Shown here: in pieces, positions 42,570 through 55,634 of the stretch
How the letters are laid out: each line of letters starts with the position of its first letter
Numbering within the stretch: the stretch's first letter is position 1
Assembly (NCBI GenBank): GCA_036172245.1
Contig: JAYWIR010000057.1
Coordinates: 1 to 64,000 of the forward strand
Length of the DNA stretch: 64,000 bases
Origin: Raillietiella orientalis
Taxonomy: Eukaryota
Direction: 5' to 3'
Translations under genes and position numbers: made by a program
The notes under the pieces: model-generated
Database searches by the model: none
The model's input: only the letters and a program-made list of their open reading frames with translations
What the model was told of the DNA's origin: nothing

Positions 42570-43300
42570 TGTGATCGACCTGACAGTAGCAATGGTAGAT
42601 AAGAGGTTTGTTGGGAGAGCCGGTAAGTTTCGAAAATTCGTGGGGAAGCTTCCGATAGGTACATTCGGAATATTATGAGCTGCAACAGCTTCTGCTCAAT
42701 TGTCGAATGTCATTCCATGTGATCTCCCTTCGAGCTGGTCCACGTTTAAGATGTGGCAGTCCTTTTATTTTCCTGTTGGCAGCGTTGATAATGGTTTAAG
42801 GGGGAACTCTCCTAATATGTCCGTGTGGATTGAATGAGCATTCACCTCACGGCGTATTAGGTGTCCTATCTGGGCGGTCAAATACGGGTCGCAACCGCAC
42901 TCTCATGATCCGTCGCAAGGAATGGTCTGAGAGCAACGATGGGATGTTTGGGAAGACTTGCACACTTGGCACTATGTTTGCGATCTCCGTTGACTGTTTC
43001 CGCACTTCATGGGAACGTATAGAGAATGGACTATTACATCTTCAGAAAATTGGTGTTTAATTACTTTTGTAAACTCATATTTTCTTGATGCTTTTGGCGA
43101 CCCAGTCAGCTGGGACAGAATCATTTCTGCTAAGATCTCTGCGGAAGTATGGTGTTTCTCGAAAATCCATTAAGAGCATCATCCTCTGAACGCTAATTAG
43201 AAATCGCATGCGAAATCTCCTAAGACGGTGAAGCAAATGAAGGAATGAAGTGTACGTGACTGCTATGAAATTTGCTGCCTCTGTTGGGATGGAAGCTGGA
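42570..43300 (-). mobile_element. Possible very decayed non-LTR reverse transcriptase fragment
   Basis: Minus-strand peptides EISHAISN, LKRGPARREITWNDI and TSYLPLLLS loosely resemble the pre-RT 'EI..AI', 'APG.DGIT' and 'YRPISLL' motifs in the expected order. Many stops. Confidence 0.3.
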
Positions 43301-43599
43301 AAAGGTGCTCTACCTTGATAATTAGGAACTCATGACTAAGAACTTCACTCTCAGAACCTGATCCCGGTCTACAATCGTGGTGAAGGGTGCTGCAACCATA
43401 CGGCAAAGTTGTGATCACGTCACAACATTGGCTGATTTTTCTCGTGTGATTTTGAGCTTCGTCTAAGTCATTCTGCAGAGAAGAGAGTCAGTGAGATCAA
43501 CCCTTCGCGCAACAACAGGAAAGCTGCTCCATCTTTTCTCATCTGTGTCCTCTGTTGCGGGTACGATTGCAGGTGCCGTTTCTGCAGGACAAACTTCAT

Positions 43600-46500
43600 G
43601 AAGCATTGGTTTCCCTCAGAGGCACTTAGCTTTATGTATGTCTCTGCAGTTTGGCATCAGATTTTGCGTACCGGATCTAACGCATCGTGGGCAGTGCAGC
43701 TGACGTTCTATGCTTCCTGGATGCATACGAAGTTTTCACTACGCCTTACCCATATACAGGAATGTGTGGGAAAAAACGCAACCCGTGAAGCTCTTGCTTT
43801 TCTCATCAGTTCGTATTTTGCTACATGAAGTTCGCGCACTTGGATGGGATTCAGTTTTGATTTCTGGACATGATAAAAACGAGCTAAGTTCTTCTTTGTG
43901 CTGAAAGGGGACGATTTACTTTGCTGTGATTCACTACATTTCAGTATCCTCTTCATCGTACAAGAAGTTTTTTAAAGTTTGAGATCTGTGTGAAGAAGTT
44001 TTGCCATCCGAAAGTTCCGAGAGGACAAGATTTCTATGAAAGCGTTGCTCCTGTTTAGCAAGGGGGCAAACTCAAAAAGGTGAACAAGTCATTGTGTGAT
44101 CCCGATTTAGCAAAGTGAGATCAGCAAATGGGCTCCGAGGAAAGAGCAAGATCGAATGCACTTCACACATATGTTGATGTTCTTGCTTTGTTCAGCAAAG
44201 TGCTTTTGTGCTACTCGGCAAGTTGCACTCTGCCTGCACCCTGCAGGCAGACTCCCGCTCGACACTCCGTTGACACTTTGCGTATGAGCTGCTGTGAAAC
44301 ACTTTGCCTTTCTGGGATTCTAGAGATTGGCAGCCTTTGATAGGATTCCCTCCACTAGAGAAATGCAAGGGCTGGTAGCACCTGGTGCGATTTAGCCTGT
44401 TAGCCCAGCTGGGAATTTAGAAGAAAATCCGTTAGGTGCAGGGGAACCTCAGCACACGTTAATCAAACAAAGGAGGCACAAAGAGAACATGTCCAGCAAA
44501 TGACACTTCTGTTTCAAACAACGAATACTAGCCTATTTTACGCTGCTACACTTTTCATATCGAAACGCACGTAGCTCTGAAAGCCAGTTTTTCAATTTCC
44601 TCCTGGAACTCTCATTCTGCAGCAAAGAGATTCAATGATGAGGAAGCCCTTTAACACTCTAAGGACTTTTCGACATTTGGGAAACAATCTCTGCAGCCCG
44701 CTTGTGTTGCAGGCATTCATTCTTTCATCAAAGAGTTTTATTAAAGCAGAGTTGCTTCTCCTGCTAGTAGATGCAAAAGAACTGATATTCCATCAATTGA
44801 AGTACGTCATGCAATCCGATTGCTCAGTATGTCCAAAAGAAGCAGTGGCAAACCCGTAGCGTCATGCAAAAATCAGATGGGATATCACACCATTTGACGG
44901 TGGTGTTCATCATCTTCTTGCCATTTCGGAGTCATTTGCGCACAGAGGGCAACTCTCAACCGACAAAACAGCCGCTGGTCAACGGAATTCTTTATCCATA
45001 TTCCTAAGATTACAACCGATTTGTTTCTTCAAGGCTCTTTGGCGTGCGTTCGTAAAGCCTTTGAATTTTCGATACTTGTATAGACGCATCTCATGTTTAT
45101 CACCAGTGTAGTGAAGAAAATGCAAATGCATCATGAACCCGTTGCAGGGTTTTTCTCTAAACAGTAAGGAAAGCGTTCAATGGCAAAGAAGGTTAGGCTC
45201 CAGAGTTGAGAGAGCTCTGTGAGGCTTTGCAGATTTTCGAAAATGCGTCACAGAGAGATCGCAGAATGCACTGAAAACAGCAAGTTCTCGGAAACGTCCC
45301 TTTTTTTTTTCATGAGCCGTAATTTGAACGTGATTTTGATATAAAACAAGCGTTACCTACAAAGCCCTTTACGAGGAAGAAATTGCGCAAACGCCGGTTT
45401 CTCTGTCTGCCATGGTTCGGCTCCAGCACCAGAGAACGGAGTGAAGACCGCAGATTTGTCCCGACGCCTCTGAAAGTAATCAGTGCTTCCTGGCTGCTTC
45501 CTGTGGCACCTTATGCAAATGCCTTCAACAGCAGACACAGTTGAGAAAGGTGAAGCACCTCGTTCTTTTTCATGCGGAGGGATTACCTTAGTGAGTCTAT
45601 CTTCTCTTCAACATGCCTCAGGCGTAGCCTTTAGGATCACTTAAGAAAGAATAGCCATTGATGTGGTGTGATCGTCAGTTAGTCATTACAATTGCAACTT
45701 TCTTCAGCAAAAAAGATGATAATGGCGAATAACACGTTATGATTGGGGAATCTCGTTCTCAATCAAAAAGCTGCTTCAGACTAAGACCCCGCTTATTTAT
45801 TAAGGAACAGTTCGGTCGCATCTGCTTCTTGTTCTCTTCCAAGAATCCAAATGTGGATTATGCTGCTGGGAAAATTAGTGTTTGAATCCATCGAGGATAT
45901 CAAAAGGTTGTGATAAGTTTCCCTCTTACCGTACGAAATTCGAATTCTGCAAAACTGTTGATGTCTTCCTATTTCTTGAAAACAAAATGCTTTTTGCAAA
46001 CGGTTACTGTGCTTCGATGAAATTGAAAAAGCTTCCTTGACAATCCTTCCAGAAACCATCTTAAAGTGAGAAACGCTGTCCGCTGATTCTGCACCCTCCG
46101 AATACTGAATCTCTTTCTGATCTCTGCGGCGCTTTCCTCCATTGGACACGAGCCATCATTCAGCTATTGTAGCTATTGATTCAATCCTCTGGTTCTCGCA
46201 ACCATGTAGCAAGCCAGCACTCTAGTGCGTAGCATTTGACTGCCTCAAATTCACAGTTGCATCGCAGCCGAGGCAAAACGGAAAACTACGGAGTGAAAAC
46301 TTTCTTCATTTTCATTCTTTTCGTGAGGCAGAATGGTGCTTTTTGCATTGCATCTGTGTTCCTCAATGCGGAGCAGCAATGGTGTCTATCCGAATTCGAG
46401 CTGGTGAGGCACTGCAGCCGATGCATTTTTTGAAAGTATCCAAATGCTGCATCTAGCTAACACCGATACGTGCATGCTCCGAGACAGCACTGCAACGGAG

Positions 46501-48010
46501 GAGGATGTTGTTCAGCAGCCACTTCACAGGAGAAGCTTTTAAGAATGCATGGTAGGTTATCCACTGGGAAAAGGTGTGACTCGATGAGACATCTCCATAA
46601 CATCCTTTACAAAGCACATTTCGCAAACAGATAGTGGAAGGTCACTTTCTTACCCGCAAACGCTGCGCTTGATACTGATGTCCCTTGTTGTCCAGTAGTG
46701 GCGGTGCGTCTTCCACTGCAGTGTTTAAAACAACATCAGCAGCATCAAATGCTGCTACTGTGGGGGAGCCACGATTCCCTCTCAATCGCGCGAGCCCATT
46801 AAATGGTATCCCGAAAAGTTCACTCCCTCAAACAAGTCCTCTGAGTGGGTCCGAGCTTCTTCCGGCGTGAGCGAGAGTATGCGCGATTCAGACACCCAGA
46901 AGTTTCCAGGACTTGGTGACCAGGAACTTGCAGGGAACCAGCAACTTTGCTGTTGAAATTTGCCGTATTTTTTGAAAGCGAAGAACACTAATGAGGCTAT
47001 GGGAGTGACTGACGGCAAATCGGCAGTGCTACTTCGTCGCTCACTACATCCGCAGCTCTTCTGGCGTTTTGTCAGAACTGTCTCCACTTGTGAGATTCGT
47101 CATCGCAGTTCTCGTTCGGATTACGTTTGCTTCCAGGAGCAATTCTCTGTTGGACGAAGGGGGGTACACTGGTGTGCTCTTGTGATGGCCTTCATTTGGC
47201 TGAGCGGGAAGCCGAGGTCTTCAGACCTCTGCGACTGCGCAGAGGTCTGAAGTTGCAAACCTTCCGCAGCCAGCAGCTGCTTGCTCGAGAATACGTGCTT
47301 GAGTGCACAAATAGGTGTCTGATAATTGATCAGGAGAGCAGTCTCTTGAATTGAAGCTGAAGCAGATTTATTTGCCACAATTTCAGGAAGCCACTTCTTT
47401 AATAACCACGTAAACCGCACACGTGTTTCAACAGGACTCTGTACGTCTTTGAGCTCCGAGAAGCCTTTTGCAGAACACTATTTCTTATTTTGTGTACTTC
47501 ACTAAAGAATATGCATACAAAGGGTAGGGAACGAGAAGGAGAACCTCGTAGAGGTTCCAGAATGCGCTTTTTTCTGGAAAGAGGAGTCTGCTTTTTAGGA
47601 ACGGGTCGAGCTTCTTGTGCGCTTGCAAGAGGCAGTCAATCCGCGATAGCAAAAGGAAAAATTCCCTCAAAGAATTTGGACCGCAAAATTCGTGGGTGCA
47701 ACCAGTTTGAATCTTAAGCGCAAAATGCAGTAACTGAGAATGCAAATGAGTTTCACTTCTTTCAGCTCACCTAACCTACACAATGCACCAGCCTGAAGTT
47801 GTCGAGCAACTCCATCGGGAAATACATGAGCAGTGCAAACCAAAGATCGGCACCATACGCTGATAAGGTGTACTGGGCGCTCACCCGACCCGTATAGTAA
47901 GGTACGCCGTTTGGTCGTCAACAGCAACTGCAAATGAAAACGGAGCCCATGCAGCCTTTCTGTCAATGCCACAACAACTGAAATCGCGGATGACTTCATC
48001 CTCTTCACCG
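43600..48010 (-). pseudogene. MMS22L: MMS22-like (MMS22L) unprocessed pseudogene, C-terminally truncated
   Basis: Collinear minus-strand peptides resemble vertebrate MMS22L as recalled: DFSCC (~47980), GALCR (~47785), PTNF (~47690), WITYHAFL..KWLLNNIL (~46560-46500), GFWK (~46050), VKG|VHS..LQSLTELSQLWSL (45365-45190, across a GTAAC...TTTTCAG intron at 45356-45271), GLHDVLQ..CIY*QEKQL (~44815-44750), ADLTLLNRD (~44120), LARFYHV..IWVR (~43890-43745). In-frame stops (e.g. TGA at 45250-45248) and frameshifts are present. Confidence 0.7.
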
Positions 48011-48315
48011 TCCGTGCAGCCGCGAGAAAGGCGTGTGCTGTTACCTGCTCCTCAGTTGGTTGTCACCTTTCCTTAGTGAGGGGTTTACAGGAGACTCTAT
48101 GATGTAAAGGCAGTAATGCCAAACGCCAACACCAACGAAGGCCAGGTGATCTCCGCATTACTCTCAAGGGCTAGAAACACCCAGGAGAACGGCCAGGAGC
48201 ATGAAGGGCAGGTGGTGGATACTGAAAAACACAAGAAGGAGAGAAAAGAAGTTGAAGGCGCTGAATGCAGCGAGAATCCGTTGTGTCGCGAGAATACAAA
48301 AACTCCCTTGAAGAC

Positions 48316-50640
48316 GTTTATCACCTAATTGTGGCGGAGCGATTCTTCAGAAAGTGAACAAACCATCTGGGAACAAGGTTCTCCATACAAAGGGATCAGC
48401 AGTTTAAAGAGAGGACTCCCTGGCATGCAGATATGGTACACTGAAAGCCCGGATCAGAAGGAAAGGCATTGCCAATAAATAAATATGAAAATACAAAAAA
48501 AATGTAAGTCAGGGGAAAAATAACTTTGGTGTAACCCATTCCATCTTTTCAAAAACGCAGCTGAATCCCGGTGATCTACTTCCCTAATTCATTCCCGAGA
48601 TGGTGCCACCAGGCAGCTGTCTTCATGATGACATATGCAAACCTGGTGACCTTGGCGGTTACCGTGTGCGACACAACACGTAGAGTTTATGGCAATGGCT
48701 CAAATGCAACTGATCGTTGCGATGACCCTGCCTATCAAGAGGTCGCCACGACTGAAAAATTGACGCATCTTGGAAAAATCGCCGCAACTCCCTTGGAAAC
48801 TAAAGCCGGCAAATGAACACCCCAAAACAACAGCAGAACCACGTTCTCTTCCCATCGGAGAGGCAACACAGCTGTTCACTTGTGAGGGGGAACCTCAAGG
48901 TCAACAAGCGAACACTGAACAACTCTCTTTACCGAAAGTGTTCCTTCGCACATTTGCAAGGGGGAGCAGCGTCTCCCAGTTTTTATCCACCTGCTTTCCT
49001 CGAAAAGAGTTCAAAAGACCTCTCACTCCACCGGCAGGCAACCGTCATCACTTGCCCTTAGCGCTGCGGCAAGAGGAGTGGCGGTCAGGCAAGTCAAATT
49101 GTCCTGGTCCGGCAGCACATTGCTCACCGGACACTACGGGAAAAAGTGCACGCAACGATGTTCCACAAAAGACACTTGCTAATGCGTTGCCCAGATGGCA
49201 CTGTCTCCTGCAGCCAAACGTTAGAGTTTGCTGGGAGGGAGGAGATCCCCTGAAGCAAACCGAGGCCAGCTGCCTGAGCAAAAAGTCGAATTCTCTCCTG
49301 GAAAACTGGGCATGCGATATCAAAAAAGCAGTCTCACGCCGCCAGTACAGCCCCGCAGTAACAGGAGCGCGATAGCACACCATGGATGAGGCCATAGCTT
49401 GGCACAAAGTGCCAATATCCAAAACTGTACTCGCAGCTTGATCCTCTCTAACGTTAGGATGCCTAAGACTGCATCCCGACGCAGAGCCTTCAGGTCCTTG
49501 AGACAAATCCTAGACCTCTCAGGGCACCACAGATCGTTCCTCAACAGGAGTCGAGTCCGGATCATGGTCAAGTTGGGGGCCGGACAAACAAAAAAAGGGG
49601 GCTGCGGACGGTGCAGCGTAGGTGTTCCGTACGGAAGCCTGCTCTGGCAAGATCTGTTATATTGGAACGCTATGAGAGCCTCTCTGCCTCTCTGCCTTCC
49701 GAACTCAGTCCGACCACTTTTCTATTGGAGTGAAATCGCCCAACGGCACGCTGAGGTTTTTCAAGCACTTGGACGTGGGTACCCCTAGATGGATCCATCG
49801 GAATGTCCCTCCCACGTAAAAAAGCCAACCGTGATGACAGTGAGCTTCGACCTGTTGACGCCCACACCTGCTCCCAGGAGCATCAGCTTGAAGAAATTTT
49901 TGAGCCTAGCAGCCGGGGTGGACGTGGGATGCAAGAGAAGCAGGTCGTTTGCGTAAGCGGCCAAGACAGGCGCTCCCGGGAGAGAGCTGGGCAGGTCAGC
50001 CGCTGTCAGGCTGTACTCCCTGAACTCGAATGGGATGCTGAAGAGCATCGAAGTTAAGCTGTCGTCTTGCCTGATATGTTTGCACTGGAATACTGTACAC
50101 GTGATAGCCGCTAGAAGAAATGTAGGTTAGCGCGTGGCACCAGCAAGCGCGCAAGCAGACTAAGAGTTGCGCTGGGAGACCAATGCCTTCCAGAAGCTCC
50201 AAAAGTAGCTTTGGTTAACTCAGTTGAACGCCTTGTGGAGATCGAGGCACCCGGCACGTCAGCGGTCGACTGCTTCGAGGAGGGAAGCGATGACCGTGCC
50301 TCACACGCGGATGCTGAGCCCAGTGCGGTCGCGAGCGAAACTTCTCAGGAAAGCGCAGCCGCTGCAACAGTTTCCTAAGCGTATGCACATGCAACGCGTC
50401 GTCACTCGCCTGATGAGGAGACAGCGCCCTTCGCAGCGCAAAAGGGACAGTTTACGCCTGCGCAGAGACAGCGCCCCTAAAGGTAGCAGAGGCAACAAAT
50501 GTAACGCTCGCGGAGGCAACGCCATCTTCTGAAAGCGGAATAAACTGCGGACACCAGGAGGTAGGACAGACGGAGGTGAGGTGACAAAAGACGAAAAAAA
50601 CTGCAATCTTCTCATGGCTCCTTTGCAACAAAATAAGTAG
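48316..50640 (-). mobile_element. Decayed Tx1/L1-clade ORF2 (RT to 3' end)
   Basis: ELLEGIGLPAQLLVCLRACW, LFSIPFE, AYANDLLLL (YADD box) and GVNRSK. Paralogous to 58.4-60.9 kb. T-rich 3'UTR (A-rich on + at ~48475-48520) and a degenerate terminal motif at 48316-48347. Confidence 0.85.
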
Positions 50641-50879
50641 CCGCATGAACCCTACTGCGAAGTCTTTGCAGAAAAAGTCATGTCACTTGTTTCCTGCGCG
50701 GTCATCATCTCGCGGACACAACGGCTGACTTGGAGACTCATGGCTGACTCATGCCTGCTCACTTCAACCTGGCATGCCCCGGGTTTCCTCAGGGTTTCGC
50801 GCTTATTTGAGTAACCAGACTCGAACTCTAAATCCGAATGCCGCGCGCGAGATTGACGTATTGCTCATTTTTCCATGCG

Positions 50880-52716
50880 CCTAGCTGCGGTGGTTTTCGT
50901 AGGATCCTTCTGTCCAGCTTCTTGTGATCTTGACGGCAGCACCTCTGTCGCAACGAGGGACAACAAAGGTGCAGGTAGTAAGAGTGATTGCCATTTCTTG
51001 CGCATTTTTCAGCTCGCGAAATTCCTCCGCATCATCTACCTTCGGCACAACAAGCTGAGGGGGGTTGGTATTCTTATGTTTTCCTTCCCTCGTCACCTCA
51101 GTTCAATATTCTTTGCTCTTACCTGTCACTTTCGCGATGTAGGCAACAGCCTGTAGCATTTCTATTGAGGCCGCTAGTGATGCTGCCTTCGGGGGTTGTG
51201 ACGAGATGCGACTTTGTTTTCTCGTCGTCAGCTGGCATTCCTTCTTCCTTCTGCATGGTGTGGGTTCGCTTTCTTCCCTACGATTCGTCGAGGCATTTGA
51301 ACCATAGCAGCCCGTGCTTCGCACTGCAAGACCTAAAGGCGGTGAATGGAGAATTCCTATCACCTCGAAAGAGATGTCAGTAGACTTTGCTGCTGCATCC
51401 CCACTGGACCTAACCGTCTCGTTTATTCTCGTATGCGCTTCCGCCGTGACAGTTCCGCGCCCGCTCGTGACTGTCTGTTTCTCCTTTCCGCATTTTTTCT
51501 TCTGTGGCTTTTCCGCCGAGGAGGCCTGAGAAAGGCTGAGAAAAGCACTTTTCTGCAATTGTGCAGCTGCTGACTTTTCCGTGCAAGGGCTCGTTACCGC
51601 AGATGCGCGCGTTTTCTTCCTGCCTGCAGAATTCGGATTGCCAGCTGCCACATCCGACGAGGGAGGCGGAGGCTTGCATCCCTCAGCGGAAGAGGTTTTC
51701 CTCATGAGTCCGCTAGCAACGCGCTACTCGGATTTTTCTTTAGAATCATCTGATGCGGGCTTTCCCTGTTTAGAGCGCATCTTCAGGAGTTTTCGCTTTT
51801 TGAGCACGGGACACTTTTTCGCGCAGTGCTCGAGCTCCTTACAGAAGTTGCAGCCATCGGAAGAGCACTTTTTAATGAAGTGCCCATCTCTGTCGCATTG
51901 TGTGCAAATGCGCGGCTCTCTCACAAACGGGAGTTCAGGGAACGACTCCAGTACTTTTGGTCTTGGGAGGAAGCAACTTCACAAGAGTCACGGTGGAGGT
52001 TCTATACCGTGACTCTCGCTGTGGCGAGCCCACAGTAGATCCACTCCGGCCTCTTGGCTGGGTTAGATCTTCTCATAACGCGTGAACTGTTTCAAAATTC
52101 CGAATAGACGCTGTTATTTCACAGTCCTTTAATCTGTCCTCCATCTCGTTTAAATGTACGACGAACGATTGGTAATCTACAGAGGGGATGACCTTCCGTC
52201 CCTCGATAGTCAGAAAAGTTCGCAGCAGCTGCTGTGTAAGAAGCGCATCTTTACAGGGCAGCTTCCAGTACCCCTTTCCGCAAACAAGCATGAAAAAGTT
52301 TAGGTTCTCGGGCTTGACCTTCACGCGACACAGTTCCCGTTCGAACTCCTTTGCAACGCGCCCAGGCGTCAGAACTTACCTGGTAGCGGAGTCCCGGCTT
52401 GGAGCCATGAGTAACGTAAGCCTGCAGCTCCGCATTCTGGGGAGTTTGTCCATGAAACGCCCCGGAGGCATCCACAATCAGCGTATGCCCTCATCAGTTA
52501 ATGACCTCACCAGTGCCGAGGCAAGTTTCCCGGAAGCGACCGTCATTCCCTGCACGGATGCGACGGCTTCGACCTTCATAGGATCCTGGGTGCTGGCCAT
52601 GATTTACAGAGTGAACCACAGAGGAACCGCACACAGGAACACACAAGCGACGGAGAAACCACTGGCACAAAACTGCTCGTTCTCGAGGGAGCGCGGCCAG
52701 CTTGAGAGCTTGCTGA
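50880..52716 (-). mobile_element. Tx1-like ORF1 (gag-like, two CCHC zinc knuckles) with 5'UTR, disrupted
   Basis: ATG at 52600 (MASTQDP...). RRM-like segment FVVHLNEMEDRLKDCEITASIRNF, then CTQCDRDGHFIKKC and CNFCKELEHCAKKC (~51905-51810), then a basic/Ser-rich tail. Frameshifts and stops are present. Confidence 0.8.
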
Positions 52717-52960
52717 GGTTAATCATCCGGTCACGCTGGGACGCTTATTTTATAGAAAACAAACCATTCGAGAGCAAAGTTTCCCATCGACGACAAAACA
52801 AGCAGAAGGGAGGATCCCTCTGCACTTAGGTCGGAAATAACGAAAGATAGGAACAAAGCAGGGGACAACAAAAAGAATATTAAAAACGATGGAATGGGGC
52901 AGGGGTCTTCGAGGTTGCTCCAGGAGGCACTGGATTACAAACGAAAACACCGGCTAAGTT
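52717..52960 (-). mobile_element. Tx1-family 3'UTR/3'-end fragment
   Basis: Minus strand reads ccctgcccc...tttttaatattctttttgtt, like the 60.7-kb UTR. It ends ATAAAATAAGCGTCCCAGCGTGACCGGATGATTAA (52753-52719). Confidence 0.65.
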
Positions 52961-53026
52961 GCGCAGCAAACAGGGATGAAGCATCAAAAAAAATGGAAAG
53001 AAAAAAACAAGTGCTGCTTACATTTG

Positions 53027-53260
53027 TTTTCCGGTCACGCCGGGCGCTTATTAAAATAAGCCAGTTGGGAACTTTGTTCCCAACGGAGACAGAACAAGCA
53101 AAGGAGGAAGTCAATTGGCACGCAGGTCGCGATAATGGAAGTTTGGAACGAAGTGTGGGTTTAACGGGGCATGTTTTTTGTCCGACATTGTGACGATTTT
53201 TACCATCCTCAAGCCAGCATCCTGGCGTGGCGCCACAGTCGTTCAATGGGACACAGGACC
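53027..53260 (-). mobile_element. Second Tx1-family 3'-end fragment
   Basis: Minus strand ends TTTTAATAAGCGCCCGGCGTGACCGGAAAA (53056-53027), nearly identical to the 52.7-kb terminus. The 5' limit is uncertain. Confidence 0.55.
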
Positions 53261-53279
53261 TTGCAGAGCCTTACAAGGT

Positions 53280-53720
53280 TTTGTGTTAAAGGCTCTCTCC
53301 CCGGATCTGGGACCAAACGAGGGAGCGGGAAAACTAAGAAGAGGTAGCAGAGGACGGGGGCAACGAAGGTGTTCCGAACGGAGGCCCTCTCCGACAGGAC
53401 GAACCTGCCAATCTGGAACGGCTCCAGAGCACTCTCTACCTTCCAAAGACAGTCCTACCACGCTTCCACTGGAGTGATGTCGTCCAGCGGAAGGCCAAGG
53501 TACTTCAAACACTTGGTCGTGGGGATTTCTTGGCGGCTCTAGTCAGAGCGCCCCTCCCACGCCGCATCCAAAGTAACGATGACACTCTTGCTCCTGTTCA
53601 CGCTCACGCCCACTCCCCGACAATTCAGCTCGCAGAAATCCTCGAGACTGGATGCCGGGGTGAACATGGGTAAAAGGAGAAGCAAGAGCTCAGGAGCTTG
53701 GGACAGTTGGCCAGCGTGGG
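53280..53720 (-). mobile_element. Tx1/L1-clade RT fragment (domains 5-7)
   Basis: Minus-strand GVSVNRSKSVI and EIPTTKCLKYLGLPL. Confidence 0.7.
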
Positions 53721-55585
53721 CCTGTACAACTGGCCATCACTACACCGGCAGATTCAACCCGAGCTGCAAACTTGCAAATAGGTCCCAATAAATGCGTACT
53801 TCCCATCACTACATAGCTTCCCCATTACAAGTGCGAATTCCCCAATATCTGTGAGCGGCGCATTAATTCCGTTCCTTTTCCTTCAAATACTAGAGAAATT
53901 ATTTAGAGAAACCCATCGGCTTCGATCCACTCATGTACGACGGAAACGTGGATACCTTCATTGCCCATTTCAAAATCATTGCCGACTCCTCCTTAGTCCC
54001 ATGGCAGAAACTGGACGCCATCAAATGCTTTTTCTTGCCATCATTAGTACATGGCCTTCGTCTTGGCACCAAGCCACTATCGTCATGGACCAAGATTGAT
54101 AAAACAATACGGAATACGCTAAAGCAAAGCATTCTTTCGTTTATAGAAGGATCATCATCAAATACCTATGAAAAGTGTACGTGATGGATGCATCGGGATA
54201 ATGCTTCTTGTCGAAGAAGCACTAAAAATGATCGCTAACTCTGCGTTCAAGCTACAAATGTGTCCGCATTCCCATGTGACTGATCTCATCTTCTCCTCCC
54301 TCTCCGAAGCCATAAGCAGGAAGGCTCATGTGCCGCCAAAATTGGTTCTGTTTACTCGGTTCCTCGATGGATGCTGTTCGTCCCTCTTGGACCGCTCAAG
54401 TGGTGATTCTCGCACAATGTGGTCCACACTACGGGAAGCAAGGAAGCACCTTCCCATAACGTGGAATTTTGCTCACAATGATGTGACGCTCTCTTTATCC
54501 TTCCCCGAACATGAAAACCCCAAAATCCTCTCCTTTCCGCAGTGTCGACAAGTAGCACGGACGATATGTGCTCACTTTGGAGAGCAAAAACGCTTATCGC
54601 TTCTAGCCAAGCCAGACCATGGTAGGATAGTAGAATGTATAGCCCTCCACGAAGCCTCCATGTCCTTCCTGCCTGCATGTGATCAACTCCGCTTCGCAGA
54701 TTTATACACCGTGCCCGTTTGAACCTCTTATATCTCAACGGAAATCGGAAAACGCCTAGTGAAATTGAGCAATGCCGAAGATGTGGTTACATAAAAGAAA
54801 CATTGGCTCATGCCCTGTGTCATTGTGACAATGATCACCCAACGACATGACGTTGTCGACGCCTTGTTCAAGATCCTCTCCCCTCGATGGCCCGTTGCCC
54901 AGAAGGATCGCCGAGTAGACATGTTAAACTCCACTTTTCTCCCCGACATATTTTTACAGAATGCGTTCACAGCTGTTATCATTGACGTTGTGATCTCCTT
55001 TGAAAATCGTATATCATCGCTACAGCGTGCAAGAGAAATCCTGAAGTACGCTGAGATCGAGACCGCCCTCAAGAATCAGGGCTTGTGCACCATCAACACC
55101 ACCAAGCATTTGTAATTCGTGAGCTCGTCTCATGGGATCCGGAAAATGATAAACTCCTAAAATTGCTCGGAATCCCTCAAAGAACAATTACCGCGATCTC
55201 TAGGCATCTATGTACAGAAATTATAAAACTTTCCCGGGACATATTCATCAACCATATCTCCACGCCCAATCCTTCTGCGCATCCAGCAGAAAACCTCGAA
55301 GGAAATCTTTGCCATGAGAATATGTACCAAACACACAGAGAGGTGTGCCCTATATCTCAAATACAAACAGCAGTCCTCCTCCATCACAGTGTAGGTCCGC
55401 CAGCAGATGACATCCTTTTGGACAACTCTTCCGCATTTCCAATAGCGAAGCTATTCAGGTGCTAACGTCCCTCTAAGTGTTATTTTAATACACTAACCCT
55501 CTTTCAATGCTCCTCCCTGAACAGCTGTGTATTCAAAGGCGATTGAAACCTCTGTAAAATTGAACTCTACAAATATGTTTTTAAA
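53720..55585 (+). mobile_element. 5'-truncated NeSL/Utopia-like non-LTR retrotransposon with restriction-like endonuclease (RLE), disrupted
   Basis: NYLEKPIGF, PWQKLDAIKCF, NSAFKL, LRFAD..RARLNL, a CCHC remnant (CRRCGY..ETLAH), RHD, PDIF..IIDV..SFEN, KY, SWDPEND and SRDIFINH occur in canonical order. Frameshifts are present. Confidence 0.85.
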
Positions 55586-55634
55586 CTAACCCTTATATAA
55601 GGTACAAATGTAACAAGAATGTCGTAATAAACAA

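Noticed and set aside
42044..42574. 176-aa plus-strand ORF
   Set aside because: It starts inside a satellite monomer, is T-rich and low-complexity, and has no recognisable motif.
45789..45800. cgcttatt, shared with the Tx1 terminus
   Set aside because: It lacks the CCCGG hairpin/TGA part and lies inside the MMS22L-like region.
52188..52829. 213-aa plus-strand ORF (likewise 48770-49375)
   Set aside because: Antisense shadow of the minus-strand retrotransposon ORFs.
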